A DNA stretch of 64,000 bases. Origin: the human T2T-CHM13v2.0 reference genome, Homo sapiens. Where the stretch lies: the NCBI RefSeq assembly GCF_009914755.1, contig NC_060947.1; one strand, given 5' to 3'. Position numbers and translations under genes: made by a program. Under the pieces are notes generated by a model. That model searched no databases. It saw only the letters and a program-made list of their open reading frames with translations, and was not told where the DNA came from. How positions within the stretch are numbered: position 1 is the first letter of the stretch; every line of letters begins with the position of its first letter. Shown one piece after another: positions 1 to 17,659 of this stretch.

Positions 1-354
1 TGGTTGATTTTATTTCATTAGTATGATTTAGTGTTATATCCCAAATGACTCAAGGAAATTTGCTCTAATAAATCTGAGTATAAGGGAAAATGGCATGCAA
101 AACAATTAGAAATGCAATGCGAACTTTATTTAGTAAAAATCCAAATTATGAACAAGAGAAAAAGTTTTTGCTATTGAAGTTGTGTCAAAAAAACGATTAT
201 AATGAGAATTGAAATATTTGCACCAAGCATCAATAATTTGGCAATGTGTTTATTATAAGGAATGGCACACATGTAAAAACTTAGCTCTACACTTTACAAA
301 AAAACAATATTTCACATCAAGAAAGATTAGATTTAGGAAAATATTTTAATAATT

Positions 355-490
355 TTAACAATAGCTACCACATACCTAGCAATTATATGTCAGAAACTGT
401 GCTAAATGCTTCATGATGCTACATATTTTTTCATTTAATCCCCATGCTAATCCCATGAAGTTGGATTATTATCCCGAATTTAGAAATAAT
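355..490 (-). mobile_element. MIR SINE fragment
   Basis: Degenerate antisense MIR core (actgtgctaaatgct...tcatttaatccccatgctaatcccatgaagttggattattatccc). Confidence 0.6.
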
Positions 491-3400
491 GATTATTAAC
501 ATTTAATGGGAATATGATGTAATATAATTTAAGTTTAACTTAACTTTCCATCAACTGTAGATGTTTTAGCAAGTGCCTCATTGTCCTATGGCTTTAATCT
601 GTAAGACCCTCTCCTGTACCACAGTGTGATCTAGCACCACAACAAAAAAGACTACAAATGCCTTCTTGTTGCTTATTAGCTCTATTTTGGACTACTCACT
701 GATCCATGTTACACTGGATTACTTGCACTGCCCCATAATTGATCATCCCAACCTAATTGCCTTGTAATTCACTGGCCTCCATTTGCACTTCAGAAAAGAT
801 GCATCAATAACTTCAACCCTTTGCGGCCGTGTTTGACTATGTTTTAAACTCTCGGGGGTCAATACTTTGTTGGATCCTGCATGGCTTTCAGACCATTGTA
901 TCTTGTATCTCCAATCAGGCACTTGAAAGTGACACCTCAATTTGAAAGTCTTTTCTTATTTATAGCTAAAACTTGCCTTCCTACAACATTTGCCTTTGGA
1001 TTTTAGCCAGTTAAAAAATTGCTTTTAACAATAAAATGTAAATATTTGCAATTATGACCTTTACTCTGTTTCACATCCAAAGCAAAACAGTGCAAGAGAA
1101 ACATTAGCATTAAAATGTAGGATGACTAACCAAGCACCAGGGCTCATTCCTGGCCCTCAGTGACTCCTGGGGAAGGGGTAAGTTGAACAGGCAAAGAGTG
1201 TCATGCTCTTGCCATGAACATCTGGAATCCTGGTAGCAGGAAACACCATGACCCCCAAGGACACTTGAGCTGGCAGGGATTGCTGCTTAAAGAGGTGGCA
1301 GGGGCAGGACTCCAGCCTGTGTGGAGCCCAGAGGGTTTGATGCTGCTATCACACCTATGAAGTGTTTTGGCCAGTGAGATTCATCAAAGTGTTGTGGCAA
1401 GCAGCCCAGGAACACCTTGGTCCCTCTAGTGCAGCAGGTTCCTAACCTTGAAGGGTCAGGGAAAAAAGCCAGGTGCCCCCTACCAGACCGCCAGTGTTAC
1501 AGCATGCAGCCTAGGAGTGCTGAGCTGATCCTTGGTCCCCTAAAATCTTCCCGAAATAAAGTCAGTCAGTTGAACCCACATTAAACCACAATCAAACCCC
1601 CAAGGGCATCAAAGAAGGTAAAAACAAACAAACAAAAAAACCCTCAGCAACTTCAAACATTAAAGGAACATCAGCCCATGCAGATGAAAAAGAACCAGTG
1701 CAAGAACTCTAGCAATTCAAAAAGTGAGACTGTCTTCTGACCTCCAACCAACCACACTATATTGCCAGCAATTGTTCTTAAACAGACTGAAATGACAGAA
1801 ATATAATTTCAAATATATATAGAAATGAAGATCATCAAGACTCAGGAGAAATTCAAAGCCCAATCCAAGGTATCTAAGGAATACAATAAACAGTACAGGA
1901 GCTGAAAGATGAAATAGCCATTTTAAGAAAGAACCAAACTAATCTTATAGAGCTGAAAAAACTTACTTCAAGCATTTCATAATGCAATTACAAATATTAA
2001 CAGCAGAATCAACCAACATGAGGAAAGAATGTCAGAGCTTGAAGAGCAGTTCACCAAAATAACTTAGTCAGACAAAAATAAAGAAACAAGAAGAAAGAAG
2101 AATAAACAAAACTTCTAAGAAATATGGGATTATGTAAAGAGACCAAACCTATGAAGCACTGGCATCCCTAAAACAGAGGGAGAGAAAGCAAGCAACTTAG
2201 AAAACATATTTGAGGTTATTGTCCATGAAAATTTCCCCAACCTTGTTGGAGAGGCCAACATTCAAATTCAGGAAATGCAGAGAACCTGTGCACAATACTG
2301 TATAAGACAACCATACCCAAAACACATGGTAAACAGGTTTTTCAAGGTTGAAATAAAAGCAAAAATGTTAAAGGCAACTACAGAGAAGGACCAAGTCAAC
2401 TACAAAGAGAACTCCATTAGGCTAACAGAGGAAATCTCAGCAGAAACCCTACAAGCCCAAAGGGATTAGGGTACTAAACTCGGCATTTTTAAAGAAAAGA
2501 TATTTCAACCAAAAATATCATAACCATCCAAACTAAGCTTCATAAGCAAGGAGAAAGAAGAACCTTTTCAGACAAGCAAATACTAAGGGAATCTGTTACC
2601 ACAAGACCTGTTTTAAAAGAGGTCATTAAGGGAATGCTAAATATGGAAAGAAAAGACTGTTAATGGCACCCACAAAAACACATTTAAGTACACAGACCAT
2701 TGACACTATAAAGCAAATACACAATCAAGCCTGCACAATAATCAGCTAAAAACATAATGACTGGATCAAATATGCACATATCAATATTAACCTGTAACAT
2801 CAGTGGGATAAATGCCTCAATTAGAAGGCACAGGGTGGCAAGATGGATAAAGAAGTACGAGCCAACTATATGCTGTCTTCAAGAGACTCATCTCACATAC
2901 AATGACAAACATAGGCTCAAAGTAGAGGGATGGAGAAAAATCTACCAAGCAAATAGAAAACAGAAAAGCAGGGGTTGCTATCCTAATTTCAGACAAAACA
3001 TTTTAAAGCAACAACGATGAAAAAAGACAAAGATGGGCATTATATAATGGTAAAGGGTTCAATTCAACAAAAAGATCTAACTATCCTAAATATATATGCA
3101 CCCAACACAGGAGTGGCAAGACTCATAAAACAAGTTCTTAGAGACCTACAAAGAGACTTAGGTAACCACACAATAATAGTGGGAGACATCTATACCCCGC
3201 TGACAGTATCAAAAATATTATCAAGACAGAAAACTAAAAATGACTATTTGGGACCTGAACTGAACACTTGACCAAATAAATCTAACAGACATCTAGAGAA
3301 CTCTCCACCCAATCGCAAAATAATATATATTCTTCTCATCTACAAATGCAAATACTCTAAATTTGACCACACAATCAGCCATAAAACAATTATCAGCAAA

Positions 3401-5694
3401 TCCAAAAGTACCAAACTCATACCACACTCTCAGATCATAGTGCAATAAAAATAGAGATCAATACAAGAAGAGTGCTCAAATCCATACAGTTACATGGAAA
3501 TTAAACAACCTGCTCCTGAATGACTTTTGGTTAAACAATGAAATTAAGGAAGACATCAAGAAATTCTTTGTAACTAATGAAAACAAAGATACAACATACC
3601 AGAATCTATGGGACAGGGTCAAAACAGTGTTAACAGGAATGTTTATAGTGCTAAATGCCACATCAAAAATTTGAAAGATCTCAAATTAACAACCTAACAT
3701 TACATCTAGAGAAACTAGAAAAACAAAGGCAAATCAACCCCTAAGCTAGCAGAAGAAAATAAATATCCAAAATCAGAGTTGAACTGAATGAATTTGAGAT
3801 ATAAAAAAAAATACCATTCTGGACATAGGCCCTGGCAAAGACTTCATGACAAAGATACTAAAAGTTATTGCAACAAAAAAAAATTGACAAATGAAATGTA
3901 GTTAAACTAAAGAGCTTCTGCACAGCAAAAGAAACTATGACTAAACAGACAACCTACAGAATGGGAGAAAATATTTGCAAACTATGAATCTGATAAACGT
4001 CTAATATTCAAAATTTATAAGCAACTTAAAACAAAAAGCAAAAAAGAACCCCATTAAAAAGTGGGTAGAGGACATTAACAGACACATTTTGAAAGAAGAC
4101 ATACATATGGACAACAAGCATATGAAAAAATGCTCATCACTAACCATTAGAGAAATGTAAATCAAAACCATGGGATATCATATCACAGTAGTCAGAATGG
4201 CTATTTATTAAAACGTCAAGAAATAACAGATGCTGGCAATATAAATTAGTTCAACCATTGTGGAAAGCAGTTTGGCAATTTTTAAAAGAACTTAAAACAG
4301 AACTACAATTTGATTCAGCAATCAAATTATTGGGTATGTACTCAAAGCAATATAAATTGTTTTACCATAAAGACACATGGGATTGCTGGCAAGATGGCCG
4401 AATAGGAACAGCTCTGGTCTGCAGCTCCCAGCGTGATTGATGCAGAAGGCTGGTGATTTCTGCATTTCCAACTGAGGTGCCCTGTTCATCTCATTGGGAC
4501 TGGTTGAACAGTGGGTGCAGCCCACGGAGGGTTAGCCAAAGCAGGGTGGGGCATTTCCTCACATGGGAAGTGCAAGGGGTCAAGGAATTTTCTCCCCTAA
4601 CCAAGGGAAGCTATGAGGGACTGAGCCTGAGGAGCCATGCACTCTGGCACAGACACTGCACTTTTCCCACGATATTCGCAACCCATAAACCAGGTGATTC
4701 TGTCTGGTGCCAACCCCACCACGGCCCTGGGTTTCAAGCACAAAACTGGACAGCTATTTGGGCAGACATGGAACTAGCTGCAGGAGTTTTCTTCCATACT
4801 GCAGTGACACCTGGAACACCAGCAAGACAGAACTGTACACTCCCCTGCAAAGGGGGCTGAAGCCAGGAACCCAAGTGGTCTGGCTCAGCGGGTCCCACCC
4901 CCATGGAGCCCAGCAAACTAGATCCACTGGCTTGAAATTCTCGCTGCCAGAACAGCAGCAGACTGAGATCAACCTGGGATATTGAACTTGGTGGGGGAAG
5001 GGCGTCTGCCATTACTGAGGCTTGAGTAGGAGGTTTTACCCTCAGTGTAAACAAAGCCACCTGGAAGTTCAAACTGGGTAGAGCCCACCAAAGCTTGGCA
5101 TAGCCACTGTGGCCAGGCTGCCAGATTTCTCCTCTCTGGGCAGGGTATCTCTGAAAAAAAGGCAGCAGCCCCAGTCAGGGACTTATAGATAAAACCCGCA
5201 TCCTCCTGGGACAGAGCACCTGGGGGAAGGGACAGCTGTGGGTGCAACTTCAGCAGACATAAACATCCCTGCCTGACAGATCTGAAGTGAGCAGTGGACC
5301 TCCCAGTAGAGAATTCGAGCTCTGCTAAGGGTCAGACTGCCTCCACAAGTGGGTCCCTGACCCCTGTGTATCCTGACTGGCAGACACCTCCCAGTAGAGG
5401 CCAACAGACAATTCATTCAGGAGAGCTCTGGCTGGCATCTGGCAGGTGTTCCTCCAGGAAGAATCTTCCAGAGGAAAGAGCAGGCAGCAATCTTTGCTGT
5501 TCTCCAGCCTCTGGTGGTGATACCCAGGCAAACAGGGTCTGGAGTGGACCTCCAGCAAATTCCAGCAGACCTGCAGCAGAGGGTCCTGACTGTTAGAAGG
5601 AAAACTGACAAACAGAAAGGAATAGCACGTCCACTCAGAGACTCCATCCAAAGGTCACCAATATCAAAGACCAAAGGTAGATAAATCCACAAAG

Positions 5695-6718
5695 ATGGGG
5701 AGAAACCAGTGCAAAAAGACTGAAAATTCCAAAAAACATAATGCCTCTTCTCCAATGGATCACAACTCCTTGCCAGCAAGGGAACAAAACTGGACAGAGA
5801 ACAAGTTTGACAAACTGACAGGAGTAGGCTTCAGAAGGTGGGTAATAACAAACTCCTCCAAGCTAAAGGAGCATGTTCTAACCCAATGCAAGGAAGCGAA
5901 GAACCTTGAAAAAAGGTTAGAGGAATTGCTAACCAGCATAACCAGTTTAGAGAAGAACATAAATGACCTGAAGGTGCTGAAAAACACAGCATGAGAACTT
6001 CATGAAGCATACCCAGGTATCAATAGCTGAACCAATCAAGTGGAAGAAAGGATATCAGAGATTGAAGATCAACTTAATGAAATAAAGCAAGAAAACAAGG
6101 TTAAAGAAAAAAAGAATAAAAAGGAACAAACAAAGCCACCCAGAAATATGGAACTATATGAAAAGACCAAATCTATGTTTCATTGATGTACCTAAAAGTG
6201 ATGGGGAGAATGGAACCAAGTTGAAAAACACTCTTCAGGATATTATGCAGAAAAACTTCCCCAACCTAGCAAGACAGGCCTACATTCAAATTTAGGAAAT
6301 ACAGAGAACACCACAAAGATACTCCTGAGAAGAGCAACCCCAAGACACATAACTGTCAGATTCACCAAGGTTGAAATGAAGGAAAAAAATGTTAAGGGGA
6401 GCCAGAGAGAAAGGTCCTGATACCCACAAAAGGAAGCCAATCAGACTAACAGCGGATCTCTCTGGAAAAACCCTACAAGCCAGAAGAGAGTGGGGGGCAA
6501 TATTCAACTTTCTTAAAGAAAAGAATTTTCAACACAGAATTGCATATCCAGCCAAATCAAGCTTTATAAGTGAAGGAGAAATAAAATCCTTTACAGACAA
6601 GCAAATGCTGAGAGATTTTGTCACCACCCGGGCTGCCTTACAAAAGCTCCTGAAGGAAGCACTAAATATGGAAAGGAAAAACCGGTACCAGCCACTGCAA
6701 AAACATATCAAATTGTAA
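5695..6718 (+). pseudogene. L1 ORF1p remnant (stops and frameshifts)
   Basis: MGRNQCKKTENSK... at 5695 and ...KPIRLTADLS...ARREWG...KEALNMERKNRYQPLQKH ending at 6718, in several broken frames. Confidence 0.9.
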
Positions 6719-6781
6719 AGTCCACCGATACTATAAAGAAACTGCATCAACTAAAGGGCAAAATAACCAGCTAGCAAAATA

Positions 6782-10597
<3,816 letters not shown>

Positions 10598-11260
10598 ACA
10601 ATGAGAACACATGGACACAGGGAGGGGAACATCACACACCTGGACCTGTTGGAGTGTGGGGAGCTAGGGGAGGGATAGCATTAGGAGAAATACCTAATGT
10701 AGGTGATGGGTTGATGGGTGCAGCAAACCACCATGGCACATGTATACCTATGTAACAAAACTGCATATTCTGCACATTTCCCCCAGAATTTAAAGTATAA
10801 TAATAAAAAAATACAGTATAAAAGATTTAAAAAAAGACACAGGCATCCATACGTTCGTTGCAGAACTACGCACAATAGCCAAGACATGAAATTAACCTAT
10901 ATGCCCATCAATAGTAGTCTGGATAAAGAAAACATGATACATGCCCACCATTAAATACTATGCAGCCATAAAGAAGAAGAAGATTATGTCCTTTGCAGCA
11001 ACATGGATGGAGCGGGAGGCTATTATCTTAAGCAAACTAACACAGGAATGGAAAAACCAAATACTGCATGTTGTGACTCATAAGTGGGAGCTAAAGATTA
11101 TGACCACAAAGAAGGGAACAACAGACTCCAGGACCTACTTGATGGTAGAGAGTGGGAAGAGAGTGAGGACTGAAAAACTACCTATCACGTACTATGCTTT
11201 TTACCTGGGTGACAAAATAAACTGTAAATGAATCCATCATGACATGTAACATATGTCCCC

Positions 11261-11320
11261 CTAACATCCAACCTGATTATATTATTTCACTTCAACTATG
11301 TTATTGACCTTAGGCCTACA
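11261..11320 (+). pseudogene. MT-CO3: Putative micro-NUMT, mitochondrial COX3-like fragment inside the L1 3'UTR
   Basis: Non-L1 insert cta aca tcc aac ctg att ata tta ttt cac ttc aac tat g tta ttg acc tta ggc cta. In the mitochondrial code it resembles mammalian COX3 LTSGLxMWFHFNSxxLLTLGL. Confidence 0.6.
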
Positions 11321-11350
11321 AATCTAAAATAAAAGTTTTATATAAAAATT

Positions 11351-11463
11351 TAGGGTGACCAATTTGTCCTGGCTTTTCTAGATACTGTCTTGGTTTTGAA
11401 CCTGGAAGTTCCCCTCCTCATAAACTTTCTAAGTCCTGGAAAACCTGGGATTGTGATATTCTA
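11351..11463. mobile_element. MER94-like hAT MITE
   Basis: Starts tagggtgaccaatttgtcctgg, with internal gtcctggaaaacctggga; length and motifs fit MER94 as recalled. Confidence 0.55.
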
Positions 11464-12534
11464 GGTTATATTTAGCAATCTAACATTCCTGAGTTCTACA
11501 ATAGCTTTCAAAAACCATCATTTGATGAGCACAGTCTAAATCTCAAACACACACAACACACAATTTCTGAAATGTACATAAAGTGCTAAGTCATGACTCT
11601 ACTAAGCTGAGAGCTCTAAATACTACAATCTAAGCATTACATGCCTTCCCCACTCCCCCAGATATGCAGAAGAGGTTGAAATATCAAGAGGGTTTTACTG
11701 GAGAGCTATTTAATTTATTATTAATAGCTAGAAAGGGAACCCCTCTGGAAATCTGGGTGACGGGCTTTAAACTTGTGACACTGGTTAAATTTACAATCCT
11801 TCCTAGGTTTTTTATTACTAAAACTAATAGAATACTTAGGCTGAGGCTCTTATATCTAAATTACCTGTTCTAGTATTCTAAACTTTATGTTTAATTATTT
11901 ACTCAGGATATTGAGAAGTGCAATAGAGAATGTCACTAATGTATGAAGTATATTTCAAAACTGTTTAACACTTGTAGGATAGATATAATTGAGTGGTTAG
12001 CACAAGGGCGTATTTTCTTTGGACCATAGAGTGTATTTTTAAAAACCTCAAATTGGTTGCCAATCTTTGAAACCCAAGAGACATTCAGAATAATCTGAAC
12101 ACAGGAAATGCTCCATAAACATGCGTGTCACAGAGTAAAAGTTTTCAATTAATGTTTGTTAAAATAACTGAATGCTAGCGAACAGCTTCCAGTGTCCTGA
12201 GTTATATAATCTCTCTGAATTGTAGAACAGGTGCAGTTACTTCAATGGACATGCCATTAGGAAGCTGCACATATAAGCTTTGCCTACTGCTTTGAAAATA
12301 AAGACACGTTGCCAATTAGCTTATATTACATTTAAGCTTTTGCCACTTGGAAAAGGTCCACTATAGCCTTGGGCTTTGTCTACATGCTGCCAAGCATCTG
12401 GATAAACAGTGACAGCCTCAGTTAATCATTTGGTAATAATAAACCCTTCCATTTTGATAGTTCTTCTAGGTTTTTAAAGCACTGCTACATTTACAGTCTC
12501 ATTTGAGTCTCACAGCAATTGGCTATCATTTAAA

Positions 12535-12795
12535 ATAGCTTAGTGATTAAGACTCAGGTTATAGAGTCAAATGGATCTGGGCTCAAATCATTATTTTTAT
12601 ATTTGCTAGTTGCATGACTTTTGGCAAGCTATTTAACCTCTCTCTCTGAGCCTTAATGAGTTTGACTTAAACTTGAGGATAATAATACCTGTCTCATGAG
12701 ACTGTTGTGATGATTCAGTGATTATGCAGGTCAAGCACTGAGAACAGAGCCTGGAACATAGTAAAGGCTCAATAACTTTTAGCTGCCATTATCAT
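12535..12795 (+). mobile_element. MIR SINE
   Basis: tggatctgggctcaaatc...tgacttttggcaagctatttaacctctct...agaacagagcctggaacatagtaaaggctcaataa. Confidence 0.8.
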
Positions 12796-13149
12796 AATTA
12801 TAATTAATTTTATTAATATTAATTTAGATACTATACATCTCATAGTCAAATATTCACAATTTTACTGTGTAGGCAAGCCACAGTAAGCTGCGGGGCAAGG
12901 GGAGATTTATTATATTGCTTGTCTAAACTACAAAGGGGCATATTTCAGAAGGTTGAAAGCTACAAATATCTCACAGTCCTAAAACTGACAGCTCTAGGCT
13001 AAGGACAAGAATTAAAGAGACTGGTGGCAGCAATGGCTTACAAGAGAGGATCCTTAGTACTACAAAAGATAAAACTCAGGAAAGTGTGTAAGCATCCTGC
13101 TCCCTCTATTTAACCTTTGGATATCTTTCAGAGAACATTGCTCTAGCAT

Positions 13150-13325
13150 AATAAATAATTATTGTTGAACACCTACCCTGATAGGCAATGGAATTATTAT
13201 TCCTATTTAACCTATGAGGAAACTGAGGCTAATAAAAATCAAATAAATTGCACAGGTCACACTGATAAAAATAGGTAGAGTTAGGCCTTACATATAGGTC
13301 TCCAAAACCCATATTTTTATCCACC
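13150..13325 (-). mobile_element. MIR SINE fragment
   Basis: attattattcctatttaacctatgaggaaactgaggct core, antisense. Confidence 0.7.
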
Positions 13326-13439
13326 ATATGATGTGGTCTTTCCTCATACCTCAGGATATCATCAATCACACACTTGTAATGGAGTCAGCCAGGCTGGCTT
13401 CCAGTAAGCATGCCCTTTCTACTTGTCAACCCTCTTATG

Positions 13440-13695
13440 AAGGAGAATTGGCAAGCCACATGTAGAAGAATGAAACTGGATCATCATCTCTCACCTGTTC
13501 GAAATAAGGTCGGAAGAGGGAGAGGATCAGAACAAATAACTATTGGGACTATAGGCTTAGTACCTGGGTACTATAGGCTTAGTACTATAGGCTTAGTACC
13601 TGGGTGCCAAAATAATCTGTACAACAAACCCCTGTGACATGAGTTTACCTATATAACAAACCTGCACATCTACCCCGAACCTAAAATAAAGGTTT
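13440..13695 (+). mobile_element. Short composite L1 fragment: ~55 bp of ORF2 fused to an L1PA13-16-like 3' end
   Basis: aattggcaagccacatgtagaagaatgaaactggatc ([12 protein letters not shown]) followed by a 3'UTR ending aacctaaaataaa and a (GTTT)n tract. Confidence 0.75.
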
Positions 13696-15347
13696 TTGTT
13701 TGTTTGTTTGTTTGTTTTTTTAATGAGCTGAAGGGAAGGAGAAAATTATAGACTATTTTCTCAAAGGGTTTAGTAGCAGAGGGAAGGACAATGGATAGTC
13801 TGATAAGTGAGGAAGATTCAGGGCTGAGGGAAGATTTTTGTTTTGTTTTTATTTTGAAGGCATATGGGCTTTGGTTAATCGTAGGCAGAGAACAAAGACC
13901 CAATGAATAGGAAGTAATTGGAGATATAGGAGAGAAAAAGAATAACTAATAGAGCACAGATTTTTTCTGTGGAAGATAATGAACATAAGTGGCTGGCTTC
14001 ATCATAAGGGGGGAACATCAAAATATTTTAACTCATTTTGCATTCAGTCACATAGAATCTTTCTTCATCACAAAACTATTCAGCAATGGCTATCACTAGA
14101 GCAAACCCTAATCTAGGATCTCATTGCTTTATATCTGAGAGACTGTGATGGCCTTGTAATTACGTTCCTTCTCTACAATCTTGTCCAATCAAAATTGTCC
14201 CTGCGTGTTGGCTAGTGGAGCTCTCTTCCAAAATCTTTTCTAGAAACAATCCCATATATGGCCCCTTCTTTCTGATCTCTGATTTTAGCTTGGCATCTTA
14301 ACTTTTCAGTATGGATAAGGATTTGGGTTGTTACTACTCCCTTTAAGTCTAGATTCCTTTGCAGTTTCCATTATCAGAAGATACCATGTAACTCTTAATT
14401 CTGTTGTGACTTTGGCATTTGACACACTGAAATTTGTTGCTGTAGCTGATTTTAAATGATGATGATGACACCTCTTGTTTTCTAACTAGATGGCAAGGAT
14501 TGCTGCCAAGGAGACTTTCTCTAAACAACTATTTATTTCAAAAAAAGATCATTAAGTGTGTAACTCTGTATGCCTGTGTGTTCGTGTATGTGTACATGTG
14601 TGTGTGTTATACCACAGACATAATTTATATTTGGTATATTTATTCTCATATGTGGGCTAATTGATAGCTTACAGGGTCCTTGTGTTTTTCAGTCTGTTGT
14701 TTTTGCTCTCAGCAAAAATTTACTCAGCTGATGAGGATATTTTGACAACTCGGCCTGTGTGTCCAGGAACTGCAATTTGGTATGAATTTTCTGGCTGAAA
14801 TGACCTAATTTTAACATATAAAATATTCCAAATTTATAAGGAAATGATGTAGGTAGCCTGATGCAAGGAATAACAAATATTAAGACTTTATACAGTTCCT
14901 AATATATAAAATCACAGGGTGGAAACATCATGATTATAGCTTCCTATTTCATTTGCAAATATTACAAATGTTGTTTACTAAAACTGCATTCTAACAAAAG
15001 TTACAAAGAATTATAATTTCCAGCTTGAACACACAGTTCAATTTAATTCTTAGGAATGTTTCAGTCAACATTTACAATATATTTGTACCTTAAAAAATTC
15101 ACATACTTTCTCAAATGTCTTTGTTTCTTGATGCTTCCAAATATACTATACCCAAATAGTTAATTTTCAGCACAGTGAAAGTGTATTGTTATTGTTTTTC
15201 TTTTGTGTTCAGTAGCCCAATAATGGCCTTTATATAATTTAGTGTGATTCCTATCTCCTCATTTATTTCTCAGCTGATTTAATTTTTAAGATTCTGATCA
15301 CATAAATAAATGCATACAGAATTTTATGGATAACTCATGAAAACCAA

Positions 15348-15451
15348 TCTCTCTCTCTCTCTTTCCCTCTCTCTATCTCTCCCTCCCTCCCTCTATCCCC
15401 CCATGTGTGTATATATACAGATAGATAGATCGATAGATGGATAGATAGATA
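15348..15451. repeat. Compound microsatellite (TC)n/(TCCC)n then (GATA)n
   Basis: Directly visible. Confidence 0.9.
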
Positions 15452-17262
15452 ACACTTATCATTTGCATAGGTGTTTTGTGAACTTTAATATTTAAAAACC
15501 TGGAACTCAACTAACACAAGTGCTGAGCTGTAATTGTTTATTAAAGATGCCTTTACCAAACAAGAAGCAAAATACCACTCTGCACTTGCTGACAGAGAAA
15601 ACAAAACAATCTGCATTCTCCAAAAGTATTGTGATTTAGCAACTTTCCTCTGCAGAATTGAGGCTGGCTTTATAGGATTCATTATGTTGACCATTTTTTG
15701 AGTCTGTTGCCAAGCAATTGAATAGTTGATTTGATCTGGTTTTCTTAATGGCCAAAAGAACCAGATGGCTTGATTGGAATGATTACTGAAACAACCAATT
15801 CAACCAGGAAAACAGTTGGATTAATGATGATGTGTTAACAACATCCAACTTCACAAAGAGATAGCTAATGTAGAAACTTCAAAGCCTGATTTATCAGATT
15901 TAACTAGCATTGTGAGTCTTGATGGCCAGCTCAGAATTAGTATTGCAGTGGACAACTTTAATTGGGGGTATTTTTAAGTTTTTCATAATGCAAATCGGCA
16001 TTCTAAAGGGTAGGATATTAAAGGAGCCAGAAAGAGAAACAACAAATTATTAGTCTATTGAGAAGCTTTGAAAGCATGCCAAGCTAAAATGATGATGGGC
16101 CATGATATGAGAATCTATAATGAATTTATAGCACAAACATTGTGACTCATAAGATTCTCACATCAGAGCAATTTAAAAAAGGTATCCTTGCAGATTGATA
16201 CCTGTGATATTTGTTCTTTTATATCCTAAAGTGCGATTTTACAAAGTATTAGGAAACTTTATAAAAATGAAAAACATTAACAGCTACAAAAGAAAAGGCA
16301 ATATTACAAAGCAAAAAATTTGTATGTATTAAGGCTTAAGTATTCATCTAGTTCTATGACTTTTGGCTCAATTATTACTGTCATGGTAATGTCTGGACAT
16401 AGATTGTGAAATCAAGGGTTAGGGTTGGAGCAAATATTAAGATGTCTCTTGTTACAGTATCTCTTAATGAGAAAAATGTTGGGGCTCATGATATCCTCAA
16501 ACTTTACGAGAATCAAATTTCTCTAAAACTTCCTCTCCTTTTACATTTCCTTTTTCCCCTATAATAGTGAATGTTTGATAGTTTCATTACATTCACTGAG
16601 GATTTCCCTTCCTTGTCCATATAAGAAGTGTTACCATCCAAAGACAGCATATTCCAGATGTTTTCCTGGGTTTGAAACAGGACTGCATATCTTGTCTCTT
16701 TATCTGAGAAGAGGAGCAACCCTGTTTTAGGAGCCTTTTACCAAGACTGCAGGGGGTAGTTTGTCAGATTCCTGTTCTTGGAATGTGAGGCCTAGACAAA
16801 AAAATATAAATTTGAAGCAGATTTTTTCAGAGATATTATCTCAAGGAATGAATTTATCCATTAATTCCACAAATACATATCTATTAAATGCTAGGCATTG
16901 TGCTAAGTGCAGTGTATACAGTAGTTAACACTATAGACATGCTCACTGACAGATATTAATAGATTACTCTTAAAATATATTTGTAATTTTACATGAGCTA
17001 TTTCAGAAAGGGTCAGGGTGTTATGAATGAATAATGAAGAGTTGTAGAATGTTTAAATTGGTAACCAGGAAAAGTATCTGAGAGGGTGACATTTAAGCTA
17101 AGACCCAAAGATGAGTAGATGTTAACCAGGTAATAAGTGGTAGGGCGAGATATGTCCCAGGCAGTATGTAAAAAGGCTTGGAATACAGAGGCTCATGTAG
17201 CTCAAGGGCAGAGAGACCAGGGAGAATAGCTCAAGATAAACCTGGAGAGGCAGGCAGAGGCC

Positions 17263-17659
17263 AGGGATGCTGTAACAAAGTGCAACAAACTGAATGGCTT
17301 AAGCAATATAAATCAACGATCTCATAGTTCTGGAGGCTAAAAAAATTAAAATCAAGGTATCAATAGAGTTTGTTCCTTTGGAGGGCGGTGAGGGAAGGCT
17401 CTCTTCTAGGCCTGTCTCCTTATATTCCACCTGTCTTTTCACATTGCCTTTCTTCTTTCCATGTGTTTCTGTGTCTACATTTCTTTTTTTTTTAATAAGG
17501 ATATCAGTCATATTGCATCAGTGCCTATCCCAACGACCTCACTTTAACTTGATTACCTCCATAAAATCCCTATGTCCAAATAAGGTTACATTCTGAGGTA
17601 GTGGGACTTAACACTTCAATATATGGATTTTGAGAGGAACACAATTCAACTCAACACAG
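17263..17659 (-). mobile_element. MLT1B/C-like MaLR solo LTR
   Basis: gctgtaacaaagtgcaacaaactgaatggcttaa...aataaggttacattctgagg...acacaattcaactcaacaca. Confidence 0.8.

Noticed and set aside
3795-3830. Large L1 internal deletions (here and at ~59075, ~43595) as splice products
   Set aside because: The junctions show A-run or short microhomology rather than clear GT-AG boundaries.
10620-10720. G-rich tract as a novel G-quadruplex regulatory element
   Set aside because: It is the standard L1PA 3'UTR polypurine tract.
15734-15766. Short hairpin atctggtt...aaccagat as a miRNA or terminator
   Set aside because: Only an 8-bp perfect stem, within chance expectation for 64 kb.
16635-16703. Possible 69-nt minus-strand exon (ctcctcttctcag|ATAAAG...GGATG|gtaaca)
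   Set aside because: Weak donor, unrecognised peptide and no partner exons; expected by chance.
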